From assembly GCA_038087875.1 (NCBI GenBank), contig JAXLNO010002960.1, positions 186,001-233,265 on the forward strand: a stretch of 47,265 nt of DNA. Reading direction: 5' to 3'. This stretch comes from Malacoraja senta. Its lineage: Eukaryota. Both the position numbers and the translations under genes were made by a program. Position 1 is the stretch's first letter. Each line of letters begins with the position of its first letter. Positions 44,744 through 47,265 of the stretch are shown piece by piece. The notes beneath the pieces were generated by a model that ran no database searches, was not told the DNA's origin, and saw only the letters and a list, made by a program, of their open reading frames with translations.

Positions 44744-46093
44744 TTCAGATTCAGATTCAGATTATTTAATGACCACACAGTCAAGCTGGTGGAATTCATG
44801 TTCAGTACAGGATGTTACACAATAGGCTGATTCCTGTCAAACATAACATAAAACACAACAACATACAGTATACAGTACATGCACGAGGTGGCTGTGTGAT
44901 GTTGTCATAGAGTGTTCAGATTTCGAATTGCATATGGGTAGAAACTGTTTTTAAGTCGTGATGTTTTGGCGGGCAGTGAGCTGTAGCGCCTTCCTGACGG
45001 CAGCAGGAGGAAGATGTGGTGAGCTGGGTGGGAGGGATCAGAAATTATTTTATTCACCCTTGACACAGACCGTTTGAGATTGAGTGATTCAATTGATGGG
45101 AGGGAAGTGCTGATGATTTTGGATGCTTTGTTGACAATGCGCTGTAGTTTATTACGGGAGTGAGTGTCTAAACTGCTGTACCAAACTGTTATTGATGAAG
45201 TGAGCATGCTTTGGATGATGGCTGTGTAAAATCGGATTAGGAGATGTTTCCTCACTCTGAACTTCTTGAGCTGACGGAGAAAGAAAAGTCTTTGGTTGGC
45301 TTTTTTATAAATGTGATCTGAATTGATTTTCCATTTGAGGTTATTGCTTATGTGAGTGCCAAGAAATTTGAATGAGTCAGTGGTGGATATGGGTTCGCCA
45401 GAGATGAGTAGGGGGGTCTTGGGTTGTGCCTTACGTCTGAGATCAATGATAAGTTCATGTGTTTTTGATGTGTTGAGTAGGAGGTTATTATCTGTTTTGT
45501 TTGTTTGAGTGCGGTATTCTGTTTCGTTGTTGTTAGAGATGAGACCTATGATGGTTGTGTCATCTGCGTATTTATATATTTTGACTGAACTATACTGGGA
45601 TGTGAGTTGATTTGTGTAGAGTGAGAATAACCAGGGTGACAAGACGCAACCCTGAGGGGCTCCTGTACTGAGGTGCAGAGGGTGAGATATGGTGTTATGT
45701 ATCTTCACCCTCTGTTGTCTGTTCCAAAGGAAGCTATAGATCCAATGACAGACGCAGGGGTCAATGTTCATGTCCGTTAATTTATGGAAAAGTTTGACCG
45801 GGTTGATGGAGTTGAATGCCGAACTGTAGTCCATGAACAGGATGCGGGCGTAAGTGTTGGCGGTTTCCAGGTGTTGCAGAGTGTGATGGATGGCCAGGTT
45901 GACTGTGTCTTCTACTGACCTGTTTTGCTCTATATGCGAATTGATGTGGGTCCATGTTGGAGGAAGTGCTGGTTTTGAGTTGAGCGAGAATAATGCGCTC
46001 AAATGACTTCATGGCCACAGATGTAAGGGCAATCGGTCTGTAGTCATTGAGGCAGGATGTTGTGTTAGACGTGGGCACAGGAATGATGGTGGA
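44744..46093 (-). mobile_element. 5'-truncated Rex1/Babar-clade LINE, nearly intact RT
   Basis: ORFs 45782-46078 and 44905-46002: [40 protein letters not shown]; one frameshift; tail aataatctgaatctgaatctga. Confidence 0.93.
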
Positions 46094-46289
46094 TTATGAA
46101 GGCGAACAGGCCAAAACTGCACACAATACTCCAGGTGTGGTCTCACCAGGGCCCTGTACAACTGCAGAAGGACCTCATTGCTCCTATACTCAACTCAATC
46201 TCTGTTTTCTTTAGTGGCCTTTCCAAATAAAATGAAAACATATTTTACACTTTGTGGACACCTTGATGTTTGAATTATGTTCTTCAACC

Positions 46290-46612
46290 AGTTTAGTCTA
46301 GTTTAGTTTAGAGATACAGTACAGAAACAGGCCCTTCGGCCCCACCGAGTCCGTGCTGACCAGCGATGCCCGCACACTAACACTATCCTACACACACACA
46401 CTAGGGGACAATTTACAATCTTTACCAGAAACCAATTAACATACAAACCCGCACATCTTTGGAGTGTGGTAGAAAAACAGAGCGCCCGGAGAAATCCCAC
46501 ACAGGTCACGGGGAGAGAACTTGCAAACACCGCACAGACAGCACCCGTGGTCGGGATGGAACTGGGGTCTCTGGCGCCGTGAGGTGGCAACTCTACCGCT
46601 GGGTCACCGTGA
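46290..46612 (-). mobile_element. HE1/V-SINE-type SINE
   Basis: gtttagtctagtttagtttagagatacag...aactctaccgctgggtcaccgtg. Confidence 0.85.
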
Positions 46613-46642
46613 CGACCAGAGAGGGAGGGAGATGTGGATACT

Positions 46643-46790
46643 TCTCTCTACCTCTCTCTCTCTCTCTCTCCCTGCTTCTCTATCTCTCTCTCTCTCCTGC
46701 CTCTCACTCTCCCCCCCCTCTCCCTCTCTCTCTCTCCCTCTCTCTCTCCCTCCATCCCTCCATCCCCCCTCCTTTGTTCTCTCCATTCCA
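46643..46790. repeat. (CT)n / polypyrimidine low-complexity tract
   Basis: ctctctctctccctgcttctc... Confidence 0.9.
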
Positions 46791-46814
46791 CCCTCAATGC
46801 CCCAAAAAACAACA

Positions 46815-47006
46815 ACAAAACACCCGGAACCAAAACTGCGGCGTTTCGCCCTCCACCCGGATGCCTGAGACCCGCCGTCCCACTTTGCCAGCGCCGGTGC
46901 GCCGCCCTAAACCGTCCCCCCTTTCCCCGGAAGCGCCTTTGTGGACGAGAGGTTCGCCACCCGACCGGAAGTGGTGCGGGAATCCAGCTGTGAAGAGCAG
47001 GTAAGG
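46815..47006 (+). promoter_or_regulatory. CpG-island-like promoter with ETS sites and a probable non-coding first exon ending at a splice donor
   Basis: High CpG density; ccggaag 46927-46933 and accggaagtg 46964-46973; gagcag|gtaagg donor at 47000/47001. Confidence 0.6.
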
Positions 47007-47040
47007 ATAAAAGCGCTGTCATGCAGCGGGAGGCAGCAAT

Positions 47041-47265
47041 GCAGCCAGTGATGCATGCATTCCCTTTAATGCAGCCAGTGATGCATGCATTCCCTTTAAT
47101 GCAGCCAGTGATGCATGCATTCCCTTTAATGCAGCCAGTGATGCATGCATTCCCTTTAATGCAGCCAGTGATGCATGCATTCCCTTTGATGCAGCCAGTG
47201 ATGCATGCATTGCCTTTAATGCAGCCAGTGATGCATGCATTCCCTTTAATGCAGCCAGTGATGCA
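47041..47265. repeat. 30-bp minisatellite (>=7.5 copies, runs off the window)
   Basis: Unit gcagccagtgatgcatgcattccctttaat, only two variant positions seen. Confidence 0.97.

Noticed and set aside
46459-47240. ORFs of 115-181 aa and the MHASLAALKG repeat ORF
   Set aside because: They run through a SINE, a (CT)n tract, a CpG island and a 30-bp minisatellite; low-complexity artefacts.

Overview
Repeat-dense vertebrate genomic DNA, most likely a cartilaginous fish such as a skate or ray (inferred from HE1/V-SINE-type SINEs and the style of the Ig-C1 exon). It is not prokaryotic: no CRISPR, rRNA or tRNA genes were seen. Host-gene content is small. Two in-phase spliceable + strand exons of an MHC class I-like gene are present (C1-set/alpha3-like exon 12203-12469, transmembrane exon 16257-16364); no alpha1/alpha2 exons were found in the window. 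A CpG-rich promoter with a first exon and splice donor lies at the right end (~46815-47006). The rest is transposable elements: (1) a deleted, chimeric class I ERV with two LTRs and a tRNA-Pro PBS (5215-11349, +), carrying parts of two different retroviral integrases and a CR1 fragment; (2) a related, rearranged ERV (40887-44394, -) with a nearly complete env broken by only three point lesions; (3) a near-full-length L1 (~19760-30360, -) whose endonuclease is interrupted by a complete DIRS1-type tyrosine-recombinase retrotransposon (23521-28354) with intact ITR/ICR termini; (4) many Rex1/Babar, CR1, L2, Penelope-derived and SINE copies. The best candidate for something undescribed is the env SU N-terminus, which carries a CD300/pIgR-like Ig V-set signature. 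All protein family calls come from motif recognition by eye; no database search was run.
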